DNA of 61,950 nt from Octopus bimaculoides. Lineage: Eukaryota. The notes beneath the pieces were generated by a model. It saw only the letters and a program-made list of their open reading frames with translations, made no database searches and was not told where the DNA came from. Each line of letters starts with the position of its first letter. The first letter of the stretch is position 1. The translations under genes were made by a program, and so were the position numbers. Shown here in pieces: positions 24,041 through 38,137 of the stretch. The stretch covers positions 39,482,842-39,544,791 of the forward strand of contig NC_068981.1 in assembly GCF_001194135.2 (NCBI RefSeq). The letters run 5' to 3'.

Positions 24041-25992
24041 ATATGAATTTATCCATAAAGTTCCTTTTTATTTTATTTCTTTTATTATTCTGATTTAGCA
24101 AAGTATATAACCTTTGTATCAGGTAAATCAGTCTGAATCTCATACACTAGATGAATGTTATATGTAATTTAGATTTTATACGTATCGTTTATAGAAATCA
24201 CCTATCAATTTCTTGCAACAAAATTTCGAATCAATAAAGTTTTTCTATTTCCTTTTTACAAAAGTAAACTTGCTTAACGATGAACACGACTTAATCCTTT
24301 GAAATCATTCACTTGACCTCGCAAATATCTACAGCTTACCGTTATATCCCTTCAATCAAATGTCAATAACTTATTTGTTAATGATCTTTAAAATGTTACC
24401 GTTTTCCCCTTTATCTTCGCAGCCCGTGGGAAAAAATAGTAATGAGTTTATTTTATATAGTTCTGCTGTTTAATATTAGTAGTATCTATTATACATTAAA
24501 AAGAAAAAAGGAACTTTTTAAATATAGTGTAAACTAGAGATGAAAAAAATATCGCTACAAATGAGAATCCACAACAACCAAATTAATTAAAGAGACCACT
24601 TAGGAAGAAGTCACTGAAATATATTCTGGCTTCATTTAACTAGTCATAAATTCTTTTTAGCCATATTTCAAAATGTAGAAAATGGAAGAGGTAACGTTCA
24701 TATATTTTCCAAAGGCATTAATGGTGAAATGAAAATACTTGATTAGAAACCATGTCATTGATCCGACTAAATGGTAGTTTATTTATTACCCTGCTATGCA
24801 TATTGATTTTGTACATAGGCATAATACTTCAAATCTATAAAGAAATACGAATAAGACAGTCCAGCATTTATGTTACAATGAAAGATATTAGCGGTTGGAA
24901 GTCCAATTCAAATTGCAGCTTGTGCAAACTCAAAGAATTTATGACCATCAAACCATAAGTGTTAAATATTGGCTTTATATGTCAATCCAAAATGTCCTAC
25001 ACAATAGAAGAGACATAAAAAAGCATTTGTAATATTTATGCTTCCTTTTTTCAAAAACAATTAATTCAGCCGAGAACAAAATTCAATCTGAAGCAAAATG
25101 TTTTTAGCTAGAACGCTCGCACTTAAGTTTAAATATTGATTTTGTGATGTTCACAAGTTTGATTCAGTGAAAACCTTCGAAAATGTCATAACCAGACTGT
25201 TAATATTTATGTCCGATATATTCGATTCGTTCACAGTTCAAATTCTTACGTTAATTTTGCTTTGTTTCTTTCTGGGATCGATTGAATAAAGTACTTGGAA
25301 TGTTAAAGTACCTGGAGTGTTAAATCAACTAACTCCTTCCAACAGATTTGATAACCCACTTTCATAAATACTTGAATAATTATAAAGGACACTTGTTTCG
25401 ATTCGTTATTATTTACTATTTGATAACCGAAAATTAATCTAATAAGAACTATTATTTGATGGAAATATTCTGAATCTTAAGTTAATCGATTTCATTCGAA
25501 TTTAAAGCTGACATTCTGCAAGTTGTCACATATTGTTTGAAATTTATATTCTCTTCCAGTGATTTATTTGAATAAATAATTTGGGAGAAGACTTTATGCC
25601 AAAAGTTTTTATTTAAATTTTAGTAAATAGGAAGAAATGTTTGTTGAAGAAATGTTCTCTTATGAGATCATTGGTATTTACTCATACATTGTCAAATGTT
25701 GCAGCGTAAATAATAAAAAAAAAGATGATTGCATACAGATTGCAAGGTCTAAAAAGATTAAACTTTGAATAATGAGTCGAATCATTTAAGGGTTGAAATT
25801 TTCCTCAGTTTGACGGAGTTGAGTAGCTTAATATGTTTAGTAGCAAATCAGTAGACAAGAGAGAATGGTAGTTTGATATTAGGATCTATGAAACTAAAGA
25901 AAAAACTATTTGTTCATGATATTCATACCTTGAGGTACGGAGACAGTGAAATATTTTTTTTATGAATAAAGCAGTGAAAATTCTATTTGTAG

Positions 25993-26060
25993 ATTTTAGA
26001 CATGCTCCACGTTACGCAGAAGACAGTGATCCTGAAAATCTTCGTGTAGCGTTTTGTTCT
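25993..26060 (+). CDS. Candidate exon
   Basis: ttctatttgtag|...|gtaatg; phase 1 to 0; DFRHAPRYAEDSDPENLRVAFCS. Phase-compatible with 15817-15883. Confidence 0.28.
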
Positions 26061-26575
26061 GTAATGCGAAACGTATTTTTCATTGCTTTCCATGCGCATT
26101 GATTTCCATGTAACATGAAAGTCAACGGAAATAGGTTTTACATTACAGAATTCCATGTTGAAACTAAATTTTCAGCGATGCAGCGTTTCCATAACAGAAA
26201 AAATGCCTATTTTATAACAATAATAGGAGAAATAGTAAAACGTCGTAGCATATGATTTGGAATATGATAAATTAATTATAAATTAATATATTACCAAGTG
26301 ATCAATGTTTACTCATAAAAGAGAGAAAGATCATATTATGCATAGTCCTCCAAATAATACTATACCTTCATAGTCATGTTCATGCATTTTTACCAGCAAT
26401 TTTGACCATAGATAGTAAATTCTAGAATCTACGTGTTTCATCTAACGCAATGTAGTTTCGGGAAATCTTTCTCTTTACACCGGCCACACCATATTGATTT
26501 CCAATCGAGCATTGCTAAAAGAAACTGCATTCAAAATCTTAACCATTTATTCCATGGTATGCATGTGTGTGTGAA

Positions 26576-26643
<68 letters not shown>

Positions 26644-26703
26644 TTCTCAAGTTGCATCAACTGTTTGTGTCCTGTAATGAACAGCGTATTTGATTTTCAT
26701 TAC

Positions 26704-26861
26704 CTACAATTCTAAGTAAAGAAAGCAACTCGATTGGTAATGCAGATGATAAAGTGAGATTAGCTGCAAAAGAGGCACGAGAACAAATATTTGAAAAGAA
26801 ATCCTGACTAAGGTTAGAAGGAATTCGATTCTTTTGGTGAACCTCAATGGCATCCAACACT
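26704..26861 (-). CDS. Candidate internal exon (best minus-strand candidate)
   Basis: tatattcacag|...|gtaatg; 158 nt, phase 2 to 1; 52 open codons VLDAIEVHQKNRIPSNLSQDFFSNICSRASFAANLTLSSALPIELLSLLRIV. Confidence 0.4.
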
Positions 26862-27330
26862 CTGTGAATATATATCAATTATCCAGAAATGCAAATAATA
26901 ATTCCCTGTTTATTTGGTGACGAAATATTTCTAATTCACGAAGTCCTTCAGTTAAAGTGATTTTCTGATAAAACAAATGGAATAGAGACTTCTTAGGTGT
27001 ATATCCTTTATGAAATGGGAAAGAAAATTGGATATCCTATCTTTAGATTCCTAACAAAACCTAGTTTTAATGATATACATATATATACATGGGGAAACCG
27101 ATAAATTGGTGTATGTGAGTGTGTGGGTGTACATTTGTAAATAATTTATCTAAATGAATCAGTTATAAGTTTCTGCTATCTTCTAATCTAATCTGAGATT
27201 TGTAAACAAAGTCCATAGAATGTCACAGTGTTTATATTTCAATATATACATATACACACGCGCGTGCGTGTAAGTATGCTTATGCTTAAGAATTTGATTT
27301 TATGCGACTCCATAAGAGTGAATTTCTCAC

Positions 27331-27369
<39 letters not shown>

Positions 27370-29689
27370 NNNNNNNNNNNNNNNNNNNNNNNNNNNNNNN
27401 NNNNNNNNNNNNNNNNNNNNNNNNNNNNNNNNNNNNNNNNNNNNNNNNNNNNNNNNNNNNNNNNNNNNNNNNNNNNNNNNNNNNNNNNNNNNNNNNNNNN
27501 NNNNNNNNNNNNNNNNNNNNNNNNNNNNNNNNNNNNNNNNNNNNNNNNNNNNNNNNNNNNNNNNNNNNNNNNNNNNNNNNNNNNNNNNNNNNNNNNNNNN
27601 NNNNNNNNNNNNNNNNNNNNNNNNNNNNNNNNNNNNNNNNNNNNNNNNNNNNNNNNNNNNNNNNNNNNNNNNNNNNNNNNNNNNNNNNNNNNNNNNNNNN
27701 NNNNNNNNNNNNNNNNNNNNNNNNNNNNNNNNNNNNNNNNNNNNNNNNNNNNNNNNNNNNNNNNNNNNNNNNNNNNNNNNNNNNNNNNNNNNNNNNNNNN
27801 NNNNNNNNNNNNNNNNNNNNNNNNNNNNNNNNNNNNNNNNNNNNNNNNNNNNNNNNNNNNNNNNNNNNNNNNNNNNNNNNNNNNNNNNNNNNNNNNNNNN
27901 NNNNNNNNNNNNNNNNNNNNNNNNNNNNNNNNNNNNNNNNNNNNNNNNNNNNNNNNNNNNNNNNNNNNNNNNNNNNNNNNNNNNNNNNNNNNNNNNNNNN
28001 NNNNNNNNNNNNNNNNNNNNNNNNNNNNNNNNNNNNNNNNNNNNNNNNNNNNNNNNNNNNNNNNNNNNNNNNNNNNNNNNNNNNNNNNNNNNNNNNNNNN
28101 NNNNNNNNNNNNNNNNNNNNNNNNNNNNNNNNNNNNNNNNNNNNNNNNNNNNNNNNNNNNNNNNNNNNNNNNNNNNNNNNNNNNNNNNNNNNNNNNNNNN
28201 NNNNNNNNNNNNNNNNNNNNNNNNNNNNNNNNNNNNNNNNNNNNNNNCGTCAGTCAGAAAAAAAACTTTTATTTGTTGTATTATAAAAAAAAATCTTGTA
28301 TTGTTTTTGTTTTATAAAAAAACTATTTTACTTTTTGTATAATAAAAAAAACTTCTGTCTGACGATTTTTCTAATGGAAAATTCCTTACATGTCCACATA
28401 ACATGTAAATTTTTTAAATACCTATTAGAAAATGAAACAAGTATCATGGAGAATAAACGACGCTAAAAAGTTTCTATTTTTCTGTTTCCTTTATCCAACC
28501 ACTCTGCAAATAATATTTCCATATTCCTCAAATTGAATATGTGTTTTGATTTACATATAACAGTAACAATGTATACGTATTGAGTGTAACAACGGAATAA
28601 AAAGATGCTCTTCAAGAGGAAACAGCTGGGATTTACCCTAACTACCTATATAATATGTGTGTATGTGTGTTTATGCATGTATATAGATAGATAGATAGAC
28701 AGATAGATAGATAGATAGACAGATAGATAGATAGATAGATAGACAGACAGACATACAGACAGACCGAGAAACAGAGAACGAGCCCAATTGAAAGTTTTAT
28801 GCGTGCGCTTACAGATCGAACCTTGAAGATTTGAGTTATCATTCAATCAACAAGACCAGTGAAACGAATGAGCTCTGTGGAACTATTTACTACTAATAAA
28901 CATGAATAACCTATGTAATACGGATTTTGAATCCTCATTTCAGCTATGGTCTTCGCAGCACCATATTCGGTATTTACGTGCGCGCGCGCGAAAGCACATA
29001 CACGCACGCACTCATACACATACAGGTACGTACGCACATATACATATGAACTGTTATTTTGCTTTCTTTTGGTTTTGAAACAATCGGTGTGTTTCTCTCA
29101 TCCAGTTTATCTTACGCAGGTTTGGTTGTTTTGTATTCTCTCCAGGTCTTTGGAAATTGTTTCATTGAAGTTGTTTCCGTTTTGTATAAGTGATTCATAG
29201 TTCATAGTCACAATTCAAATGTGATTTCCCTTTTGTTTTGTATTTGGGAAATTATTTGTTTGTGAGTGTGTGTATGTACGTGTGTTTCGTTTGTATAGTC
29301 ATACATAAAAACAATCAAACAGTAACTGAAAGTGTACTCAATATATGTGTTCTCAACCACCGTTAAATTTTTTCAGCGCATTAAATACCACGGGATGAAG
29401 TATTGATGAGCTTTAGTATCGACACATGAAGATATCCAATAAGGTAATTGAACAGGGAATAGTATTCTAAAATGGTATGTTTTCGTTCTTTCGTTGTTGT
29501 TTCTTTTTGTTGTCGCTCGCCATATATTCCTTGGCAACTTTGTAATTCTAGTAGTTATTTTTAATCTTATACAAGGCATTATCTAGAGTTTTACTTTATT
29601 CAACGAACTTATTGTTATGAATAGTGGTTTTCACTGACAGTAATTTATTTTGTATCTTTGTGGGTTGCATAGTGAATGTGAGGCATGCA

Positions 29690-29745
29690 TACACACATAC
29701 AAACACACACGCACAATCAAACGCACACACACAAACACACACACA

Positions 29746-29843
<98 letters not shown>

Positions 29844-29882
29844 GATATATATATATGCACACACACACATACATATATATAC
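29690..29882. repeat. (CA)n + (TA)n compound microsatellite
   Basis: Directly visible. Confidence 0.95.
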
Positions 29883-29929
29883 TCAAACGCATACAAACAG
29901 CTTCGTGTGCGTTCGTGCGACTGCGTGTA

Positions 29930-31204
29930 CAAGGTTTTCGGGCTAAATTCGTCAGTTTGCATTAAAGTTAAATAAAACAATATCCCATCAAAAAATAGAA
30001 TTATCAAAACAAATTAAAACATAACAACTAGATTATGGCTGGGATATAACGGTTTACTCAAAGTAGCCGCCCTCAGCTCCCACCACAGCCTCAAGACGTC
30101 TCCGGAACCTGGCGCATACCTGCTTCACTGTGTCTCTAGGAAGATCTTCGGACACCGCTTTGATCTTGGCCACCAGCTCAGAGCAGTTAGTGCCTTTCTC
30201 AACCTCGAGCCATATATAGAAATCCATGGGATTACAACCGGGGAAATTAGGTGGAAATTAGGGTTAATGAATTCGTAGAAATTCTATGACAACCACGTCT
30301 GACTCTGTCTGGTAGCATGGAAAGGAGCCGAATTCTGCTGCCACAGATATGGCCTTCCGGTCACAACCCTCTTCAACCAGGGTTTGACTACAGTTTCCAA
30401 TAGCTTAACCTAACCTTTTGAATTGTGCCGAAGACCCTGTTCAAAGATCTGAGGCGGCATGACGTCACGCTCACTGGAGACACAATACACAAAACCCATC
30501 ACAGTTTGGGATAATTTGGTTCACATGATACGTGGGACAACACATGGATTGTAGGCAAGTTACTAGATGTTTTGGGTGTTGTGCAACTGGTCCTGGAAGA
30601 AGTTTCGTGCATCTGAGACGAACCAGATCATCCCGGCTCAACAGGATGCCTCAGCTTCTTCAGGAGCTTCTTTGCCTTCGTTAAGCGGTTCTCCATGGCC
30701 TCGGCCGTCTGGATTTGTCCCTTGCGCCTCTTGTACGAGAAGTCCTCATTCAGGTCCAGCTTCATGGTGGCGACTCCAACATCAATTTCTCTTGTCAAAG
30801 TTCGGATTCTCTTGCTCGAATCTTCCATCATCTTGTCCTGCAGTTGTCTATAGAATCTTGTTGCGCGGAAGCAGTCAGAGCGCTTGCAGTGTCCTTTCCT
30901 GCTGGTCACAGCTTCATAGTTTCCGTTGAAGCTATCCATGTTGTGTCTTACTGCCTTTATAATGTTCACAGAGGATTGAGCAGCAATCATGATGTCGGCG
31001 TTCTGATACCCGACGTGAATTAATATGATATAGATACCCCTTTCCCAGTACTTAGATACTTCCAATCCACATTGTCAGCTAACTTTTTCTCAACTACATA
31101 TGTAATCTTTATGCTCTCCAAAGCTGTTGTGTTCAGCAATACATCAAGCTATTCCTGAAGAAAAGGAGGCATAAGAAGTCGTCCAATTTAACTTGAACAT
31201 CCTG
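29930..31204 (-). mobile_element. Decayed DD37D (maT-like) Tc1/mariner transposon
   Basis: ORF 30628-31065 (KRRKGQ..ENRLTKAKKLL..HPVEPG), then WFVSD, WQQNSAPFH, CNPMDFYIW, GGYFE* at 30055. Spacing is 37 after repairing one frameshift. Diverged TIRs caaggttttcgggctaaatt (29930) and aatttaacttgaacatcctg (to 31204). Confidence 0.85.
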
Positions 31205-31292
31205 TTTGTATGGTACACAGATTACTGACTGACATACTTCAAACTAGATGTTGGAATTCAGAACTGTGTGCTTTTGTATTTACTTTTGAATT

Positions 31293-31358
<66 letters not shown>

Positions 31359-31962
31359 TTTATGTAAGAACACCTGAGTTAAACTAGGTGAATGGGTAAT
31401 TAAAAACACTATCACCAAAAAGCAACAAACCATGACTAAAAAGAACACGAATCAATCTCAGAATAATAACTTTAATTTAAAGCAGCAATAAAACAAATAC
31501 ACAGTATATAAAACAAACAAAGTGAAACAGAAAACAGGATATCAGAAATCGAACAAACATTCTCATTCTTATTCTGAAAGCCGAAAATGAATAAAAACAA
31601 TAAAACAATCCATTGATAAAAAAAAAACAAAGCTGACCAATAAAATACTTTAAATAGCCAATAGCAAATAAACGAGAAAAACCATATTAAAAGCAAATGA
31701 CTAAATATCGGAAACCAACCAAACAAAAACGGGAACCACTAACAATAACTAACCCATACCATAATAACAACACAAGTAATATTAGAAAACAACAAATGAC
31801 AACGATCAACACCCACCAATCTAATGTAAAATAAATGAGCACGAACAAAAGGAACATAAGTTGTCGACTGAAAATCGCAGTGGCATGAAACTAGAGTCGT
31901 GAGAGAGAAAAAAGCGCAATTTATGGAAACTATACTCTCTGCAATCTCTATAAAATATACTG

Positions 31963-32000
31963 ATACATACATACATACATACATACATACATACATACAT

Positions 32001-32033
<33 letters not shown>

Positions 32034-32048
32034 TACACACATACATAC
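31963..32048. repeat. (ATAC)n + (AC)n microsatellite
   Basis: Directly visible; immediately 5' of the R4-like element. Confidence 0.95.
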
Positions 32049-32049
32049 G

Positions 32050-33500
32050 CATTTGAAGTACCAGTGCTGATTCCAACATTCGGGATACTTGACTGGTCTG
32101 TAGAAGGAATCCATTAAAACCCACAAGATTCTAACATCAACTGGAAATTTTCACAAAAACAGTGATACTGATAGGCTCTACCTAAGGAGAGATAAAGGAG
32201 GTAGGAACTTGAGATCAGTGCAGACGGCCTTTGAATTTCGCATAGTCTCTCTCAGACAGCACTTGCTAAACAACAACAGCAAAAATAAATATATTAACTA
32301 AGTGCTGAAAAGGGAAAGCTACACAACCCCTAATCAGCTGAACTAGCATGTCCCAAAGAAGACCTGGTGGTAAAACGCTCAGCATGCCAAAAAAGACCAT
32401 GCGTGAGTATGTCTCGCGTAGACTTGAAAAAGATAGTAACGTAGACATGAAACGAAGCCTCTCTTGGATTCGTGACCGCTACATCGCATCACACTTCGAA
32501 GGCAATGGATTTGCAATCTAAGAACAGAAGATTGCTACTAAATACTTAATCAACAAGAGACAGTAAAGCCCTTGGAGTTCCGAGATGCAACCGAAAATGT
32601 AAATTATGTCACATTTTTGTGGAAGACATCACGTGCGATTACCAGCTGCGTAAAAATGTCTCCTCCCTATGCCACATGAAGTTGCCGCAATAGCAGTATA
32701 CAATGTCATTCGAAAAAAAGATTGTCCCGGAATAATTATAGAGTATTCCCCCTGTTACAGAATACGTACACAAATACCAACACAAGGAATACTGGTAGAA
32801 AATTCCCTTCAAAACATTAAAAAGTGTTAGCCTAAAGGCTGGAGATCATTGTTTGGGACAGACAAGAAAAAGTACGTACCGTCACAGAGGCCAGCTGATA
32901 TGAATATCACTTCGAAACTTAAAGAGTAAGAAAGTAATTATGGACAGCTGCTTCGAAACCTCCAGTTTCTATACCTGAATTTCAAATTTATATTTATACC
33001 AATAATCCTTTCTACTATAGGCACAACGCCTGAAATTTGGGTGAGAGGACTAGTCGATTACATCGAACCCAGTGTATCACTGGTACTTAATTTATCGACC
33101 CTGATAAGATAGAAAGCAAAGTCGAGCTCAGTGGAATTGGAACTCAGAACGTACCGACGGGCGAAATACCGCTAAACATTTCGTCGAGCGTGCTAACGAT
33201 TCTGCCAGTTAACAGCCTTACTTTTATAGCTGTAATAATTGGAGCACTTGGTTTTGTAAGCAAATGCGTAACTGTCTGTCTGAACAAGCTTGGATTTTCA
33301 GAAAAAGAAATCAGCCGATTCGAACATTACGAATACTATATATAAGCAGAAAAGTAATACTATGCAAGACTTATCTCAGCTTTCAAATGTGACATTGTTT
33401 TCGTTATCTACATTCCAAAGATGAAGTTTTGCATCTTTGTCAGAAACCAGTTCCTTTTCAGAAGATGAATTTAAATAATTAAATACAGAAGACATACATT
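32050..33500 (+). mobile_element. 5'-truncated R4/Dong-clade retrotransposon (RT C-terminus, Zn knuckle, RLE), interrupted by a SINE
   Basis: KTHKILTSTGNFHKNSDTDRLYLRRDKGGRNL, EGNGFAI*EQKIATKY, KCKLCH..EDI, FKFIFIPII|SINE|IIGALG. Starts directly after (ATAC)n(AC)n at about 31963-32048. Confidence 0.82.
33008..33219 (-). mobile_element. SINE family B (near full length) nested in the R4-like element
   Basis: Reverse complement of 8984-9120 plus tRNA-like head; splits the IPII/IGALG motif. Confidence 0.85.
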
Positions 33501-33502
33501 CA

Positions 33503-33503
<1 letters not shown>

Positions 33504-33569
<66 letters not shown>

Positions 33570-33592
33570 CTATCTATATATATATATATATA
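33504..33592. repeat. (ATCT)n + (TA)n microsatellite
   Basis: Directly visible. Confidence 0.95.
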
Positions 33593-34817
33593 NNNNNNNN
33601 NNAGCTGAGACTCCAACAGATAATGGTGTTTACATACCGAAGGGCTTGGTAAAATTATTAATTGTTAATTTATTAATAAATTAATAAATTGATAAACCTT
33701 TATCCTTGATAAACCTTTTATACAATATATATTGTATATATTTTCAATCATATATGTGTGTGTGGGCAGGCACATGTGTTTGTGTGCAAGCGCGTATGCT
33801 TGTGCAGGCGCATGTGTGCGTGCGCAGGCGAATGTGTGTGTGTGCATGTGCGTCTCTGTGTGTGTGTGTGTATGTGTGTGTATGTGTGTGTAAGAGGCAG
33901 TCGGTTATATGCTTGTGTATGCACAAAGTGTGTGTGACGCTATTATGTTCGGGTATATTATGTTTGTTTATGTGTGAATATTGTAGGATAGGTAAGTCAG
34001 GTAGGGTTCTTAAATTTTATGATGGATTATACTTGTTCACGTTACTGGTATGACATTCGCAATACCAGAATGGAAACAAACGTTAAATATTCAAATAGTC
34101 GAACCATTTATTGTTATTAATGGATATTGAAGTTTTAGATAAGATTACAAATATTCTTACAAATAAAAACGTTTTTTTTTTTTTTTGTAAATAATTTCAC
34201 AAAAAGTATTCGTTAAATTCTTATTTTCTGTAACGAATCATTAATAAATTTCCAATAATTCACATATTACTATCATAGAAATAGATAAAAGTAAAGAACT
34301 TGCCTCTGAAGAAATTTGCAGAAGAATTGCTTGAATTATTGTTTTCGCTTATTTCAAATTTTAAAGAATGCGAGGAAATCTCATAGGAAAGGTATCTGTT
34401 AGATTAAATAACTTATTTCTATGATGAACATACAGAATGACTTCTGCAACTCCGATAAACACTGGGGTAAGAATTTAGAGATTTAAAACATTATCCAACA
34501 ATGAAATATTTAAATAAACTGGTTGTATTCCAAGCACAAGAATTCTAAATTCTAAACTTGAGAATGTGCACTATTCATACACTTTCCATTGGCATTAGCA
34601 GTCTAGTTAAAGAAAAATTGCAAGCGTTCGGAGTTACACCATTCTGAAAATCCCCTACATTTTCACTACAGTGACTACCAAAATAATTCCGTTGGATAAT
34701 ATAATCGTTAAAAAATTTAAAGATCTACTAATGTGCTTTATATATATATATATATATAGATAGATAGATAGATAGATAAAACTTACTTGGAAATATATAT
34801 GTACATATATATATATA

Positions 34818-34981
34818 CGACGGGCTTCTTTCAGTTTCCGTCTACCAAATCCTCTCACAGGGCTTTGGTAGGCCCGAGGCTATAGAAGAAGACACTTGTC
34901 CCAGGTGGCACGCGGTGGGACTGAACCAAGAACTGTGTGGTTTGTAAGCAAGCTACCTTCCACACAGCCACTCCTGCGCCT
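34818..34981 (-). mobile_element. SINE family A, 5' head with Pol III A and B boxes
   Basis: Minus strand aggcgcaggagtggctgtgtgg (A box)...ggttcagtccc (B box)...gaaagaagcccgtcg, then (TA)n. Confidence 0.85.
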
Positions 34982-36253
34982 ATGATATATATATATATAC
35001 AGCTATATATATATGATATATATATATTGTAGCTTTGTTGATAAATTGTTCCTAGGTATGACTGGTACTTATGCTATAAATCTAAATCGAAATTATTGAA
35101 AGCAAATTCGACACTAGAAGCGTTTTAATTCAGAATATATAACAAAATTGCATATCGTCACGCATTTATCCTTACGCTCTTCCGTTTCTGTGAATTCACC
35201 GCCTTCCATTTTCAAAGAAGATTGAAATTAAAGCTGAAAAAAAAAATGCCTTGATAGATATTTTCACCACTATCTCTGATTACAATGCTTTTAGAATATT
35301 CTAGGAAAGCAGCTTCGATTTGTTTTCTCGTGGAAAAAAATTAATAGCAGGAAGCGTCAGAAAAGTGAATTTCTAATAATAATCGGCTTGTATTGATTTC
35401 AAGATCTGCATTAATCTGTCTTAAATCACGACTTTTAAGACGAATTCCAGTGCCATATTTGCAAAAAGATATACATTAACTGCTGCTGATGCTCTGGGTA
35501 ATCAATCAGGCAAAATATTTCACCTTTTAAGATATCTGGCCTACATCCGGGTTTCCATTGATTTTATCAGATCAACCTCATAGATTTTCAATTTATACAG
35601 AAGTTTTTGCAATATTATATGTAGATGACTGAAGTTCAAAGGAATTATGTATTATGAAAGAAACGTATTATATTCCACTGTCGCAGCTTTATGAGATAGA
35701 AAAGTATAGCATTCAACAAGCTAAGGTATTAGCTTTTATATGTTGCTCGATGCAAAATTTCATTTCTGTGCAGTTTCGTATAAATTGTTTATAAATTTAC
35801 ATTTTGAGTAGGGTTATATTTTAATGAAAGTATTAGCAAAAAGTTATTACATACTAATTTTCGTTTATTTGATCACTACAAAAATAATCAAAAATGCTAT
35901 TCATTCAAACAACGATAGTAGCTTGGTTCTATAAATAAAGATTTGTATAGACTGCTTTGGCATTTATTTATTTGTTTATATTGAGAAAGATTTTTATTGT
36001 CAAGAATCGTTTTGATATATTTTATGAAAAGTTCCATACTAAATATATTTCCTTTATAGTTTCATCTATCGTTTTTGCCTAAACATTTTTGCCTCTATTA
36101 ATCACTAGCTATTATTAGCTTTGCATTTCAGCGGTTTTCATTGTCACCCAAATTTGACATATATCAGTAATTCTCCGAGGTCATTTTCAAAGATATCTAA
36201 ATAACAAATAATTGTCCAAAAAACAAAAAACAAAAAAACAAAAAAACGATATA

Positions 36254-36488
36254 AACTAAACCTCTGATATTTCTCTTGGGAAAATATTCATCGGTTTTTG
36301 TTTGCAGTAAATGATGCGTTGCAGCATTTATTGTATATTTGTTGTTCACTGTAATATATACAAGAGCATTTTGCATTTTATCGAATTTTTCGGACGCAGA
36401 AGATTTTATCTTCGACAATCTTTCGTCATTATTCCGAAAGTGGATTTGAACCACGCTATATACATTGGGATCTGCTGTCCTATATGAA
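36254..36488 (-). CDS. Candidate exon
   Basis: Acceptor actcttacttcatatag; open frame TADPNVYSVVQIHFRNNDERLSKIKSSASEKFDKMQNALVYITV...; donor position ambiguous. Confidence 0.2.
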
Positions 36489-36885
36489 GTAAGAGTAACC
36501 TGTCTGGTTAGTTTGGTATTATATAGACAACTATATTAGAAGCGATGATTATTCCTTATGTTAAAGCGTAAACTAATTCGAAAGTAAAAAGACCTGAACT
36601 AGAGTTAATTTGTCGATCAAATCTAACGTTTCATATAATATTAACTTATCTACTAGCAATATAATGGGTTTCAATATAACCAAAAGCATACCTATCTTTT
36701 CCTTATAGGGTGGAGTAATGTTTCTTTGAAAGAACTAGTTGCAAATATTAGTCATAAATATATCATTGTGTGTGAGTATGTACACAAATACATATCTACG
36801 TACATACATATAAATATACATTCATATATATTCATATATATATATATGTTTGTGTGTGTGTGTATGTGTATGTATATATGTATGT

Positions 36886-36934
<49 letters not shown>

Positions 36935-37089
36935 CATAAATTTATATATGTCAGAGAGAATTTTAATTGTCACTGAATATGATTAGGTTATTAAATGACA
37001 TCTACATTACTAGAAATAAGAACTAATATCCACTAATGCTGTAGTTAACGCACGTGAATGAAAACATATACACTAACAGGGACCATGAT

Positions 37090-37585
37090 GGTCCGAAAAA
37101 TGCCGTCCAAGAATTCTTAAGACTGACATCAGTTTCGGCAGTTTCCGTTGCCATCCTGTGATGCCGGTGCACCTCTTATGGGTCCATAGCTTGCATTGCA
37201 CGTCATATGGAGTTTCTATCAACACCTTTTCAACATATCGAGCAGGGCCATCGCCCAGAAGGAATCAGTAATTTGTCTGTTTTTCTTCGTACTTGGACTT
37301 TGGTCTTTTCTACATTAATTCGAAGGCCCAGTGATTCCAGGCCTTGCTTCCACACCTGAAATTTCTTCTCTAGTTCTGGAAGAGATTCAGCATCGGCGTA
37401 TTAACTCCCAATAGCAACCAGTTTCAAATCTCTGTTATGACATGGAGGACTATAATAAATAAGAGTGGGGCTGAGAACCGATCCTTGGTCAACTCCTACC
37501 TGTACACTATATTCCTTGTTATACGCATTGCAGACTTTCACCTTACTGACAGCAACCTTGTACATGGATTGTAAAACTTCCACCT
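37090..37585 (-). mobile_element. LINE reverse-transcriptase fragment (RTEX/L2-like)
   Basis: VGVDQGSVLSP, YADAESLPELEKKFQVWKQGLESLGLRINVEKTKV, then a Cys motif CSIC..NSI..CKLWTHKRC. Confidence 0.78.
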
Positions 37586-38137
37586 ACTTATCGTAATTTA
37601 AAAGTTAGAAAATCGTAATTCAAAAGTTAGAATTAGTTATGGTGTTATTATCAACTGCGTTTGAAGGGATCAAAGTATGTTCGTATTTGTTAATTAGATG
37701 GTATTAAATGGTATAGTTACGCATGCGGTGAAGGGGAAAAGGATAAACAGACGTTTAGACTGTGGGAATATAAATGTAAGTGTTCGAAAGGTATGATAGG
37801 GAAGTTGGCATTGAAATAGAGATGAATGATGATAAATACATGCGCACGCGCGCACATACACGCTCACACACTCACACACAGATACACACACATAGGTAAT
37901 GAAATAAATCTAAATATTGTAGAGCCTTAACCGTGAAAATGAAATATATATGAACGTAAATGTATTCATTCTTTGATTTCGTTCTTCAATAAATAAATAA
38001 AACACAACCTGGAAAGGTCCGTTAGAAGTTTTCAATTTTTGGTGAATCCTCCCAATAGATGACGTATCCAATCCTTTCCGACAAACAATAGTTTGTCGGC
38101 AATATTAATATTTTGTGTATAGGCATATCTGTATGTA

